Origin: Nitrospina sp.
GTDB taxonomy: Bacteria > Nitrospinota > Nitrospinia > Nitrospinales > VA-1
Length of the DNA: 64,000 nucleotides
Direction of reading: 5' to 3'
Assembly: GCA_018653085.1 (NCBI GenBank)
Contig: JABIAY010000042.1
Location: 11,401-75,400 of the forward strand
Shown: one piece after another, positions 28,947-38,637 of the stretch
Layout of the letters: each line of letters starts with the position of its first letter
How positions within the stretch are numbered: position 1 is the stretch's first letter
Translations under genes and position numbers: made by a program
The notes under the pieces: model-generated
Told to the model about the DNA's origin: nothing
Database searches by the model: none
The model's input: the letters and a program-made list of their open reading frames with translations, nothing else

Positions 28947-29662
28947 TGATGAATCCTGATGCGGTAGAAGAAAATCAGGAAGAAGGCAATATTCTGGTCT
29001 GGTTGACGGGTCTGGCATTTCTTGCGGCGATGATTGCGATCTTTATCTATGTCCCCACCGAGCGGACCGAAGGCGTGATCCAGCGGATCATGTATTTTCA
29101 TGTGCCTTCCGCCTGGCTTTCATTTTTTGCGTTCTTTGTAGTTTTTATCTGCTCCATTCTTTTTCTTTGGAAGAAAGAGCGGGAGTGGGACATTTATGCC
29201 CAGGCTTCGGCGGAGATCGGGGTGATTTTCTGTTCTTTGGTATTGGTCACCGGGCCGATTTGGGCAAGGCCTATCTGGGGAGCTTGGTGGGTGTGGGACG
29301 CACGCCTCACCTCTACTCTGATACTCTGGATCATATATGTGGCCTACCTCATGCTCCGGACACAATGCGATGCTGGTTCCATGCGGGCTCGTTATGCCGC
29401 GGTACTTGGCATTGTCGGGTTTCTGAATATTCCCTTCATCCATTTTTCCGTGCTCTGGTGGCGGACATTCCATCCCCAACCCAAGGTCATCACCAACGAA
29501 GGGATTGGCAAGGGAATGGACCCAACCATGCTGGCAACGCTGGGTGTATCTCTCTGTGCTTTCACCCTGCTGTATTTCCTGTTGATGGGGGTGCGGGTGC
29601 GGCAGGAAAACTTAAAAGATGAAATCGACCGCCTTAAAAAGGAAAAGCTTTATTCGTCTTAG
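28943..29662 (+). CDS. ccmC: Heme exporter / heme-handling protein CcmC
   Basis: WWD motif WGAWWVWDARLTS. Polytopic membrane protein. Confidence 0.93.
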   Translation: MMMNPDAVEENQEEGNILVWLTGLAFLAAMIAIFIYVPTERTEGVIQRIMYFHVPSAWLSFFAFFVVFICSILFLWKKEREWDIYAQASAEIGVIFCSLVLVTGPIWARPIWGAWWVWDARLTSTLILWIIYVAYLMLRTQCDAGSMRARYAAVLGIVGFLNIPFIHFSVLWWRTFHPQPKVITNEGIGKGMDPTMLATLGVSLCAFTLLYFLLMGVRVRQENLKDEIDRLKKEKLYSS

Positions 29663-30194
29663 AGACGGACTGCTGGGCCTGTTAATTCTTGTGGTCCTGG
29701 TTCTCCTTGTGCTCCGTTTTCAAAAAACCGGAAATCCACAGCAGGAAATAAACCAGTTTAAGCCGGAAGCAGGCTATCTGGCTCCACGGTTTACTTTAAG
29801 AAATCTCAAGGGCAATCTTGAAGGGCTTGATGACCATGCCGGGAAAGTAATCGTTGTTAATTTCTGGGCGACCTGGTGTGCTCCCTGCGTTGAGGAAATG
29901 CCAAGCTTCGAAACCCTGTACCGCCGTTTCCGCTCGCAGGGGCTGACCGTTCTCGCAGTCAGCCTCGATAAAGGGGGTTCTTCCAAAGTTCAGGAGTTTG
30001 TTGATAAACATAAATTGTCTTTCCCGGTTTTAATGGATAGTGAAGGGGTTGCAGAAAAACTTTACCCGTCTTTTACCATTCCGTTCACCTATGTGATCGA
30101 TAAGCAGGGCAGGGTTGCCGCCCGTGTGGATGGTGCCAAGGACTGGCAATCACCCGAAACGTTCAAAGCAGTGGAATATCTTTTAACGCAATAG
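29619..30194 (+). CDS. Membrane-anchored thiol:disulfide oxidoreductase (CcmG/ResA/TlpA family)
   Basis: TM anchor plus thioredoxin fold with FWATWCAPCVEEMP. Last gene of the ccm cluster. Confidence 0.85.
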   Translation: MKSTALKRKSFIRLRDGLLGLLILVVLVLLVLRFQKTGNPQQEINQFKPEAGYLAPRFTLRNLKGNLEGLDDHAGKVIVVNFWATWCAPCVEEMPSFETLYRRFRSQGLTVLAVSLDKGGSSKVQEFVDKHKLSFPVLMDSEGVAEKLYPSFTIPFTYVIDKQGRVAARVDGAKDWQSPETFKAVEYLLTQ

Positions 30195-30207
30195 TCGGAA
30201 TACTTCT

Positions 30208-30624
30208 ATGATAAATGAAGATAAAGCTCGGTCTGTCAATGAGCAGTTTTATGAAGCCTTCAATAAAAGAGATATTGAGGCGATGAAGCGGATCTGGGGA
30301 TATGATGAACAGGCCACCTGTGTCCATCCCGGTTGGCCCCCTCTCAAAGGATTCGAATCGATTCTGAATAGTTGGGCAGGTATTTTTAAAAATTCAGGGA
30401 ATATGGAGATTCAGATTTCTGATGTGCAGGCCCTGGCTTCGTCAGACCTGGCCTGGGTTTCCTGTACCGAGAAACTTTATACTATCGCTGAAGGTGGGGT
30501 GCTGGCTTCTCAGGTTTTTGCCACCAACCTGTTTCACCTTGAAGGCGATATCTGGAAGATGGTCATGCATCATGCCTCGCCTGTTCCTGACCTCCAGGAA
30601 CCGGCAGATGTCTCAAGGAACTGA
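30208..30624 (+). CDS. SnoaL-like / NTF2-fold (DUF4440-type) protein
   Basis: VNEQFYEAFNKRDIEAMKRIW...ATCVHPGWPPLKG... is typical of the NTF2-like family. Confidence 0.65.
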   Translation: MINEDKARSVNEQFYEAFNKRDIEAMKRIWGYDEQATCVHPGWPPLKGFESILNSWAGIFKNSGNMEIQISDVQALASSDLAWVSCTEKLYTIAEGGVLASQVFATNLFHLEGDIWKMVMHHASPVPDLQEPADVSRN

Positions 30625-30650
30625 AGGTTCTGTTCCAGTTAAAGAATAAA

Positions 30651-31646
30651 TTAATGCTTTAAAAAACATGCGACATGATGGCCGGGAGCGACTTCTTTAA
30701 GCGCGGGTATTTTTTCTTCGCATTGTTTTTCCTTGATGGGGCAACGGCTGTGAAAGGCGCAACCTTTTGGCGGGTTAGCGGGACTGGGAATATCTCCCTT
30801 TACGGGGGCCTTGTTTTTGGTTCGTTCCGATTCCAAACTGGGAATTGCGTCCAGCAGGGCAATGGTGTAGGGGTGCTGGGGTGAATTATACATTTGTTCG
30901 CTGTCAGCAAGTTCAACGATTTTTCCGAGATACATCACCGCGACCCGGTCGCAGAAATATTCTACCACCCCCAAATCGTGAGAGATGAACAGGTAGGAGA
31001 TATCCAGCCTTTCTTTTAAGTCCAGCAAAAGGTTGATGACCTGAGCCTGTATGGAAACATCCAAAGCCGATACCGGCTCATCGGCCACGATCAGTTTTGG
31101 CTCCAAAGCGATGGCCCGGGCAATGCCCACGCGCTGTAGCTGGCCTCCACTCAATTCATGGGGATATCGGTTGAAATGATCGAGTGGCAGGCCCACCTGT
31201 TCTAAAAGCTGTTTTGCTTTTTCGACATTTTCTTTTTTGTCGCGAAAACCGTGAATTTCAAAAGGCTCTTGCAGGATATGACCGATGCGTCTTGCCGGGT
31301 TGACGGCGGAATAGGGGTCCTGAAATATGATCTGCATTTCCTTTCTTAGGTTTCGCATCTCAGTTTCTTTGAGGTCAAACAGGTCTGTTCCACAAAAGCT
31401 CACCTGCCCTGAAGTGGGTTCAATCAGGCGGAGTAAGGTTCGGGCCGCAGTAGATTTGCCACATCCGCTTTCTCCCACAAGACCCAATGTCTCTCCTTCA
31501 TGAAGGGTGAAGGAAACTCCATCTACTGCGCGAAGGGGTGCGGGTGAGGTTGCGAGAAATTTTTTTTCGGGCTGAAAATATTTCCTGAGGTCCCGAACTA
31601 CCAGCAGTTTTTCACCATTCATAATGATCCTGGCTCCAGATGACAA
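30651..31646 (-). CDS. Oligopeptide/dipeptide ABC transporter ATP-binding protein (OppF/DppF type)
   Basis: GESGCGKST Walker A, LSGGQLQRV signature, and a C-terminal oligopeptide-ABC extension with Cys residues. Confidence 0.88.
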   Translation of the reverse strand: MSSGARIIMNGEKLLVVRDLRKYFQPEKKFLATSPAPLRAVDGVSFTLHEGETLGLVGESGCGKSTAARTLLRLIEPTSGQVSFCGTDLFDLKETEMRNLRKEMQIIFQDPYSAVNPARRIGHILQEPFEIHGFRDKKENVEKAKQLLEQVGLPLDHFNRYPHELSGGQLQRVGIARAIALEPKLIVADEPVSALDVSIQAQVINLLLDLKERLDISYLFISHDLGVVEYFCDRVAVMYLGKIVELADSEQMYNSPQHPYTIALLDAIPSLESERTKNKAPVKGDIPSPANPPKGCAFHSRCPIKEKQCEEKIPALKEVAPGHHVACFLKH

Positions 31647-32599
31647 CTGACTTGTCGCTGGGATTCTACCTTGCGAAGTTGAGGGTTCTGGGTTTTACAT
31701 GTTTCCATAGCCCAGGAGCAACGGGGATGAAATGGGCACCCTGATGGGCGCTGGTCCAGACCGGGTACGTTGCCTGATATTTCCTCCAGTCTTGCACCTG
31801 GTTTTTTTTTGTCGCCTAATTTGGGAATAGAAGCAATGAGACCCTTGGTGTAGGGATGAAAGGGGTCCTTTAGCAGGGCCTTGGTTGGGCCGGATTCCAC
31901 AATTTCCCCAGCATACATGACCAACACCCTTTGGGCAGTTTCCGAAACTACTCCCAGGTCGTGGGTGATGATGAGAATGGACATTTCTTTTTTTAAACTT
32001 TCCAGGAGCTCGAGAATCTGGGCTTGAATGAGAACATCGAGAGCGGTAGTGGGTTCATCGGCAATGAGGACTCTGGGGGCGCAGGCCAGGGCCATGGCAA
32101 TCATGACTCTTTGCCGCATTCCTCCGCTCAGTTGATGGGGGTAGTATTTCAGCTTTTCTTCCGGCGAGGGGAGTTCCACACGATTCAACAGGTCGGCTGA
32201 TTTTTGCAGGGCTTCTCGCCGATTCATAGTTGTGTGGCGCAGAAGCGTTTCGGCAATTTGTTCTCCTACCGTCAAGACCGGATTGAGAGAGGTCATGGGA
32301 TCCTGGAAAATCATGGAAATGGAGTTACCGCGCAGGTCCTGTAACGCTTTTGCGTTGAGGGATAACAGGTCCTGATTGTCAAAAAGAATTTTTCCGCTTA
32401 AAATTTTCGCAGGTGGTTCCGGCAAAAGACGGAGAATAGAAAGGGCACTGACGGTTTTGCCACAGCCGGATTCTCCTACCAGAGCCAGAGTTTCTCCCGG
32501 GTTTAACTGAAAACTGATACCATTGACGGCGATCAGCTTTCCCCTGGGAGAGGAAAAAGCAACTGACAGGTTTTGAATTTCCAGTTCCGGGGATGGCAT
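31619..32599 (-). CDS. Oligopeptide/dipeptide ABC transporter ATP-binding protein (OppD/DppD type)
   Basis: GESGCGKTV Walker [10 protein letters not shown] signature, [11 protein letters not shown] Walker B. 28-nt overlap with the downstream ATPase gene. Confidence 0.88.
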   Translation of the reverse strand: MPSPELEIQNLSVAFSSPRGKLIAVNGISFQLNPGETLALVGESGCGKTVSALSILRLLPEPPAKILSGKILFDNQDLLSLNAKALQDLRGNSISMIFQDPMTSLNPVLTVGEQIAETLLRHTTMNRREALQKSADLLNRVELPSPEEKLKYYPHQLSGGMRQRVMIAMALACAPRVLIADEPTTALDVLIQAQILELLESLKKEMSILIITHDLGVVSETAQRVLVMYAGEIVESGPTKALLKDPFHPYTKGLIASIPKLGDKKKPGARLEEISGNVPGLDQRPSGCPFHPRCSWAMETCKTQNPQLRKVESQRQVSCHLEPGSL

Positions 32600-32647
32600 T
32601 TATTTTTCCGTAATATACAGGTTGAAACGAACCGATTCAGGCAATAA

Positions 32648-32676
32648 TTAGATTTTCGGGCACCCGATGTTATAAT
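32648..32676 (+). promoter_or_regulatory. Candidate promoter with an extended -10 for the CheY-like gene
   Basis: TTAGAT, 17-nt spacer, TATAAT (32671-32676), with TG at 32668-32669 (TGTTATAAT). Confidence 0.45.
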
Positions 32677-32732
32677 AAATCATTGGTAATGGCCATTCCT
32701 GATTATTTTAATTGTTCTTGAGTAAAGAATAA

Positions 32733-33113
32733 ATGAATCCCTTCACAAAAATACTGGTGGTTGAAGATGATCCTGCTTCCGCAAAGCTGGTGACTTATCA
32801 TCTTAGAATGATGGGGTTTAAAAATACAACAGAAGTTGCGGACGGAGACTCGGCTCTGGAGCATTTAAAAAAAGAAAAGGTTGATTTGGTGATTGCGGAT
32901 TGGCATATGCCAAATATGAATGGACTGAGTCTTTTTAGAGCTCTTCGGGAAGAGGAGTTATGGCAGGCTATTCCCTTCCTGATGATCACGGTGGAGAAGG
33001 ATGATGAAAAGGTGCGAGAAGCTATCCATGCGGGAGTTCGGGATTATATTGTGAAACCCATTAATGTCGAAAAGTTTAAACGAAAAATCCATGAGCTGTT
33101 AGGGTCTGGTTAG
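32733..33113 (+). CDS. Stand-alone CheY-like response regulator receiver
   Basis: ILVVEDD...DLVIADWHMPNMNG...ITVE...KP contains the receiver-domain acidic pocket, phospho-Asp and conserved Lys. No output domain. Confidence 0.9.
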   Translation: MNPFTKILVVEDDPASAKLVTYHLRMMGFKNTTEVADGDSALEHLKKEKVDLVIADWHMPNMNGLSLFRALREEELWQAIPFLMITVEKDDEKVREAIHAGVRDYIVKPINVEKFKRKIHELLGSG

Positions 33114-33163
33114 GTTTGAATCGGAAAAGAGAGAACGCAGGGGGTTTTGTTAGAACCAAAAAA

Positions 33164-33188
33164 TAAAGGCGGCCTGTCGGCCGCCTTT
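33164..33188. terminator. Bidirectional rho-independent terminator between convergent genes
   Basis: AAA-GGCGGCC-TGTC-GGCCGCC-TTTT. A perfect 7-bp GC stem is flanked by an A-run and a T-run. Confidence 0.8.
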
Positions 33189-33213
33189 TAAATAAGCAGG
33201 TTTTCTTAAAACA

Positions 33214-33669
33214 CTATTTGGATTTTACGAGGCACTCTTTCTCAAGTTCTTTACTTACAATGTTGTCGCATTTTTTGGGATCGCCCAGAATCACCCCATA
33301 GCAAAATGACTGGCTGTCCCGGTTCAGGATCAGGGTGCAGTAATACATGCTGTGGTCCTTATGTTTGTACCGGCTTTCGGGGTCTGAAATTGGGGTCAGA
33401 GCGAGACAAAGGTTTCGCTCGTCTTCTTTTGAAAGCTTTCCCGTTGGTTTTGCCGCAGACGAGAACAACCCTGATCTCGACATTTCTTCCATGGGGCCTG
33501 TGCCATCAACAACTTTTACCGGGTCTACACCGGGGCGCCCCTTTCGAACTTCCTGGGTTATTTCATCACAGGCTTTTGTATCCGCAACATCAGCCGCCAT
33601 GGAGAGTGGAGCCCCAATAAAAAAAGCTAACGACACCACCAACCATCCCATAGCCCTGTTAATCGACAT
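33214..33669 (-). CDS. Hypothetical secreted Cys-containing protein
   Basis: ATG 33669 lies 6 nt after GAGGAGG. Signal peptide MSINRAMGWLVVSLAFFIGAPLSMA. I recognise no family. Confidence 0.6.
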   Translation of the reverse strand: MSINRAMGWLVVSLAFFIGAPLSMAADVADTKACDEITQEVRKGRPGVDPVKVVDGTGPMEEMSRSGLFSSAAKPTGKLSKEDERNLCLALTPISDPESRYKHKDHSMYYCTLILNRDSQSFCYGVILGDPKKCDNIVSKELEKECLVKSK

Positions 33670-33897
33670 ATCCATCCTCCTCACAAATGACCTGCTAATG
33701 ATGTTAAACATTAAAACAAATTACGCGATGGTTGAGGATACCCTATTTCGGTGGGAAAAACCACGGATTGTGCCCAAATTATTGAAAATAGAGAAGCTTA
33801 CGAAAGGGGGCGGCGAGTGCTGACAGAACGTGCGGGAGGCATTCTTCGGGAAAAGATTTGTGGAGGAAAAAACTTGCGAATCGGTTGAGCAGTGGAC

Positions 33898-34011
33898 TTA
33901 ACTTTCTTGTTTTGCCTTTTCTGTTTTTTTACCGCGAATGGCGCCGACAACTACTTTTACGAAAGTAGCGCCCATCAATACCAATAAAATAATTAAAATT
34001 GTATCGTTCAT
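33898..34011 (-). CDS. Candidate 37-aa single-TM small protein (absent from the ORF track)
   Basis: MNDTILIILLVLMGATFVKVVVGAIRGKKTEKAKQES, with AAGGGG 9 nt upstream of the ATG. A hydrophobic helix followed by a basic tail. Confidence 0.4.
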   Translation of the reverse strand: MNDTILIILLVLMGATFVKVVVGAIRGKKTEKAKQES

Positions 34012-34269
34012 GTTTCAAGCCCCTTAGATTGAATGCTGGATGAAAGCAGGTAACTTTGATATCGGGAAAGAATCCTGAAAAATTAGCCCTTCCAAAAATT
34101 AAATGTAACTACTGTAATTGCATTGTGCCAATATAACTCCATTGTACCTGTTAAAATCTTTGAAACTGTTACAGTTATGTCAAGTTTTTATCAATATTGG
34201 GAAAACTTGAACCTCATGAGGTTTTTGGTTATCCTCTGTCCCTGACCTATCCTGATAAAAAAAGGATTC

Positions 34270-35037
34270 ATGCGAATTTTAAGTTGGAATGTTAATGGAC
34301 TACGTGCCGCTGTCAAAAAGGGGTTTTTTGACTGGTTGAATTCCGAAGCTCCGGATGTGGTGTGTTTGCAGGAGGTGAAAGCACGAACCGAGGACCTTGA
34401 TGAGTCCATACGGAACCCAGATGGTTACCATGCGGCTTGGAACCCGGCACAGCGCAAGGGATACAGTGGCGTGGCTGTTTTTACGAAAAAGAAACCGAAA
34501 GCGGTTCATTTGGGGATGGGGATTGATCGGTTTGATGTGGAAGGACGCGTTATTAGAGTCGAGTTTAAAGATTTCGACCTTTTAAATGTCTATTTCCCCA
34601 ACGGCACCAGTGGTGAGGAGAGACTGGAATACAAAATGGCGTTTTATGACGCGTTTCTGGATCATTGCGAGCAATTACGGGCAGAAGGAAAAGAGCTGGT
34701 GATTACCGGGGATGTGAACACCGCCCATAAGGCCATTGACCTGAAAAACCCAAAAGCCAACGCGAAAAACTCGGGGTTTTTGCCGGAAGAAAGGGCTTGG
34801 GTCGATAAATTTGTCTCGCATGGGTATGTCGACAGCTTCAGGGCGTTTCACCCGGAGCCGGATCAATACACCTGGTGGAGCTATAGGTTTAATGTGCGGG
34901 CCAAAAATATTGGTTGGCGCATTGATTATTTTTTCATTACGGAAAATCTCATGGCAAAGGTGAAAGACTCTTTCATCCGACCCGATGTCATGGGCTCGGA
35001 CCATTGCCCTATTGGACTGGATATCAAGGCCAAATAA
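34270..35037 (+). CDS. xth: Exodeoxyribonuclease III
   Basis: MRILSWNVNGLRA...LQEVK...GDVNTAH...SDHCP are EEP-family catalytic motifs. Confidence 0.95.
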   Translation: MRILSWNVNGLRAAVKKGFFDWLNSEAPDVVCLQEVKARTEDLDESIRNPDGYHAAWNPAQRKGYSGVAVFTKKKPKAVHLGMGIDRFDVEGRVIRVEFKDFDLLNVYFPNGTSGEERLEYKMAFYDAFLDHCEQLRAEGKELVITGDVNTAHKAIDLKNPKANAKNSGFLPEERAWVDKFVSHGYVDSFRAFHPEPDQYTWWSYRFNVRAKNIGWRIDYFFITENLMAKVKDSFIRPDVMGSDHCPIGLDIKAK

Positions 35038-35083
35038 CCGGGATATGCTCCGTTTTCGCATTGCCTGCATCTAACACCCACTA

Positions 35084-35170
35084 CCACTAGGCGTGGGGCC
35101 AACGTGCCGCCACTTTTGCTGGCGAGCAAAGAGTTGCCTCGGCTCAACGAGCCATTGCTAGTTGGGTCCA
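35084..35170 (+). repeat. CCACTAGG-family repeat, copy B
   Basis: CCACTAGGCGTGGGGCCAACGTGCCGCCACTTTTGCTGGCGAGCAAAGAGTTGCCTCGGCTCAACGAG. Confidence 0.85.
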
Positions 35171-35216
35171 GCATTATGCTGGAAAGAAAATCATTTTGAA
35201 TTGGAGTAGAGATTTT

Positions 35217-38141
35217 ATGGGATTTGAGCTCAATAAAAGTTATAGCGGATTCACGTTGACCCAAAAGGAGGAGATTGCCGAACTCAAATCTCTCGGCCTT
35301 TTTTTTAAACACGATACAGGTGCTGAATTACTGGTTCTTGAAAACGATGATGACAATAAGGTGTTCAGCGCTACGTTCAGGACGCCGCCTGAAAACGATA
35401 CCGGCATAGCCCATATTCTTGAGCACAGTGTGTTATGCGGCTCTAAAAATTTCCCGGTCAAGGAGCCCTTTGTGGAACTCATGAAAGGCAGTTTGCAGAC
35501 TTTTCTCAACGCCATGACCTTTCCTGATAAGACCATGTATCCCGTTGCCAGTAGGAACCGGAAAGATTTTTTCAACCTCATGAATGTCTATCTGGATGCG
35601 GTTTTTTATCCCAATATTTCAGAGGAAACCTTCAAGCAGGAAGGCTGGCATTATGAACTGAACAGCCCGGAAGATAAAATTGTTTATAAAGGCGTGGTAT
35701 TGAATGAGATGAAAGGCGAGTTCTCCAATCCGGAAAGTTGTATCGACCGCCAGTTGGCTCATTCCCTTTTCCCTTCTACTCCATACGGGTATGAATCGGG
35801 AGGAGATCCTAAATCTATTCCCGACCTGACGTACGCGGACTTTAAGGGTTTTCATGAAAAGCATTACCATCCCTCCAACAGCAGATTGTTTTTGTATGGA
35901 GATGGCGACACTCAAAGCTACCTCGAATTTTTGCAGGAAAAATATTTGCAGGATTTTGCTCGTATAGACGTCAACACTTCGATTGCTCACCAGAGATCTT
36001 TCAGGAAACCGAAAAGGAAAAGCCTGACCTACCCGATTTCCAGCCATGAGTCGCTGGAGAAGAAGACTTATGTTCTGCTGGGCTACAAGCTGGATAAGGC
36101 CATCAACCATGAACATTGTCTCGGATTCAGCATACTGAGTCATCTCCTGCTGGGGTCTTCCGCGTCTCCTTTAAGAAAAGCTCTTATCACCTCGGAGCTG
36201 GGTAGCGAAGTCATTGGCGGAGGGTTCGATGACAATCGCGCAGACACGATATTTGCCGTGGGTTTGAAAGGAACAGAACCCGAGCATGAAAATAAAATTC
36301 TTGCGCTCATAGATTCGACTCTCAGTGACCTGGCGGAAAATGGAATAGAGGAGGATATGGTCCGCTCGGCAGTCAACTCTATAGACTTCAGGCTTCGGGA
36401 AGCCAATTTTGGCGGGTTCCCCAAAGGCATTGTTTATAACATTCAGGCTCTGGGTTCCTGGCTATACGATAAAAACCCTTTTAGCCACCTCAGGTTTGAG
36501 AAGGTAATGCGGAAAATTAAAAAACGTATGCACGCAGGATATTTTGAGAATTTAATTCGCGATTACCTCATTGAAAATCAGCATCGCAGTATTCTTCTGG
36601 CAGTTCCCAAACCGGGTCTTGGCAAGAAATTGGAAGCTCGGGAAAGGAAAATTTTGAAAACGGTTAAAGAGAAACTGCCTGCTGATGAGATTGCCAACCT
36701 GATTGCGGAAACGAAAAAACTACAGGAACTGCAATTGGCTCCGGACTCCCCGGAGGCGCTTGCTACGCTGCCCTCACTGGAAATTCAGGATGTTCCCAAA
36801 GAAATAGAAAAGTATCCGCTGGAAATAAAAAATCAAAGTGGTGCAAAAGTATTGTTCCACGATCTGTTTACCAATGATATCGCTTATACCCAGATAGGAT
36901 TCAACACGCATTCGGTGCCGGTTGAAATGGTTCCCTATATCCCCTTGCTGGGTACTCTGGTGCTGGGGATGGGCACCAGTAGGCATAGCTACACAGAAAT
37001 TTCAAAGTTGATCGGCATGCATACTGGCGGAATCCGTACGTCCCATTTTTCATCTGCGACGGTTCAAGATCGTCATCAAGTGCTCTCTTATATTTTTTTC
37101 AGCGGCAAGGCGTTGATGGAAAAAGTGGACAACCTGTTTGATATTTTTGATGAACTGCTCGGCGAGTATAGTTTTGATGATCACAAGCGGCTGGTTGAAA
37201 TTATTCGCAGTGCCAAGTCCGATATGGAAGATTCGATTGTCCCCCATGGAAATCATTATGTGATGGCCAGACTCCAGTCCTATCAGTCCCGGCTCGGACA
37301 GTTTGACGAGCTTACGGATGGGATCACGTATTACCGGTTTCTGGAACAATTGCTGGAGAGTGTTGAGAAAGATCCGGGGGAGGTTGCGGGCCGGTTCCGA
37401 CAGGTCGCGGAGCGGGTATTTACCCGAAAGAATGCCTTCTTCAATATCACCTCAACGCAAAAGGATTATCGCAAGATAGAAAAAAGGATTGCTGGAACGG
37501 TGGCCGCCCTTTCCGATAAGGACTGGAAGGTTGAGGAATGGAACCTGAAAGCGACGCCTCTGAATGAGGGATTTTTAACTGCCAGTAATGTTCAGCATGT
37601 TGGCAAAGGAGCCAACCTGTACGAATTGGGATTTAAATATTCCGGGCAGTTTGAGGTGCTCAAAGCCCTGCTTAGAACCGGGTTTTTATGGGACAGGGTA
37701 CGTGTTCATGGCGGTGCATACGGCAGTGGCAATTCGTTCGATTTTTTCACCGGCGATTACAGTCTGCTCTCTTATCGGGACCCTAATCTTGCCGAAACGT
37801 TGGCTGTTTATGATGAGATTGCGGACTTCCTGAGCCACCTGGAACTGCCCTCTGAAGAACTGACCAAAATCATCATCGGCTGTGTCGGCAAAATGGACCC
37901 GCCTCTAACCCCGGACCTTAAAGGTAAGGCATCGATGATCGATCACCTCACCGGACGCACCCATGAAATGAAACAGAAACTTCGTGAAGAATTGTTGTCC
38001 ACCCAGCTTGGCGATTTAAAAGGTTATGCGCCCCTGTTTGAAAAAATCAGGGATGAAGGCCATGTCTGTGCCCTGGGCAATGAAGATAAACTCAAGAAAT
38101 CCAAATCCACCTTCAGCCAACTGGTCAAAGTATTCCACTAA
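35217..38141 (+). CDS. M16-family zinc metallopeptidase (PreP/M16C-like, about 974 aa)
   Basis: Inverted zinc motif HILEHSVLCGS with downstream E. Length typical of M16C. ATG 35217 is preferred over TTG 35196. Confidence 0.9.
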   Translation: MGFELNKSYSGFTLTQKEEIAELKSLGLFFKHDTGAELLVLENDDDNKVFSATFRTPPENDTGIAHILEHSVLCGSKNFPVKEPFVELMKGSLQTFLNAMTFPDKTMYPVASRNRKDFFNLMNVYLDAVFYPNISEETFKQEGWHYELNSPEDKIVYKGVVLNEMKGEFSNPESCIDRQLAHSLFPSTPYGYESGGDPKSIPDLTYADFKGFHEKHYHPSNSRLFLYGDGDTQSYLEFLQEKYLQDFARIDVNTSIAHQRSFRKPKRKSLTYPISSHESLEKKTYVLLGYKLDKAINHEHCLGFSILSHLLLGSSASPLRKALITSELGSEVIGGGFDDNRADTIFAVGLKGTEPEHENKILALIDSTLSDLAENGIEEDMVRSAVNSIDFRLREANFGGFPKGIVYNIQALGSWLYDKNPFSHLRFEKVMRKIKKRMHAGYFENLIRDYLIENQHRSILLAVPKPGLGKKLEARERKILKTVKEKLPADEIANLIAETKKLQELQLAPDSPEALATLPSLEIQDVPKEIEKYPLEIKNQSGAKVLFHDLFTNDIAYTQIGFNTHSVPVEMVPYIPLLGTLVLGMGTSRHSYTEISKLIGMHTGGIRTSHFSSATVQDRHQVLSYIFFSGKALMEKVDNLFDIFDELLGEYSFDDHKRLVEIIRSAKSDMEDSIVPHGNHYVMARLQSYQSRLGQFDELTDGITYYRFLEQLLESVEKDPGEVAGRFRQVAERVFTRKNAFFNITSTQKDYRKIEKRIAGTVAALSDKDWKVEEWNLKATPLNEGFLTASNVQHVGKGANLYELGFKYSGQFEVLKALLRTGFLWDRVRVHGGAYGSGNSFDFFTGDYSLLSYRDPNLAETLAVYDEIADFLSHLELPSEELTKIIIGCVGKMDPPLTPDLKGKASMIDHLTGRTHEMKQKLREELLSTQLGDLKGYAPLFEKIRDEGHVCALGNEDKLKKSKSTFSQLVKVFH

Positions 38142-38376
38142 CCACTAGGCGTGGGGCCAGTGTGCCGTCGCTTTATCTGGCGAGCAAAGAGTTTGTCTCG
38201 GCACAATCAAGCCCTTGCCCAGTTCCCTCCCACGGGAGTGGGTGGCTAGCAAAGAGCCGTCTCGGCTTAACGAGGTTTTGCCCAGTTGCCTCCGGCCAAG
38301 AAGCTGGCTTCAAACTGCACGCAAAGATTGTTCAGTTGTTTGACGGGCTATTGCACGCTGGCTCCACGCCTAGTGG
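38142..38376 (+). repeat. Full-length CCACTAGG-family element bounded by terminal inverted repeats (MITE-like, 235 bp)
   Basis: Left end CCACTAGGCGTGGGGCC. Right end GGCTCCACGCCTAGTGG, which is its reverse complement with one mismatch. Two internal GCNAGCAAAGAG...CTCGGC sub-repeats. Confidence 0.85.
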
Positions 38377-38443
38377 GGGCTTAAGTTTTTGGTGTTTCCT
38401 GTCGATGGGGGATAGAGAAGAATCTCCTTTTGACAGGTGAGAA

Positions 38444-38599
38444 ATGAAGCTCAAGCGCAAAGAAATTCTGGACCTTTTAAGGTCATTTGGGGTGAGCCCG
38501 ATGTCCGAGTTGAAGAACGGTTGTCGCGATTACGAAACTTATTTCAAAAAGCGACAGAAGCGGGAAGACCGACGTTTTATACGCCCTTCAATCCGTTAG
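38444..38599 (+). CDS. Candidate 51-aa basic small protein (alternative to the 70-aa track ORF in another frame)
   Basis: AGGTGA closely precedes ATG 38444. Product MKLKRKEILDLLRSFGVSPMSELKNGCRDYETYFKKRQKREDRRFIRPSIR. Neither frame can be validated from sequence alone. Confidence 0.25.
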   Translation: MKLKRKEILDLLRSFGVSPMSELKNGCRDYETYFKKRQKREDRRFIRPSIR

Positions 38600-38637
38600 G
38601 ACCGGGCAAACTCAACGTCCCGGTAGCCCAAAGTTAT

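Noticed and set aside
38162-38440. ORFs starting MPSLYLASKEF... (38162-38440, 51811-52134, and 50293-50679 reverse)
   Set aside because: They are translations of the CCACTAGG-family repeat (GTGCCATCGCTTTATTTGGCGAGCAAAGAG). The recurrence of the peptide reflects DNA repetition, not a protein family.
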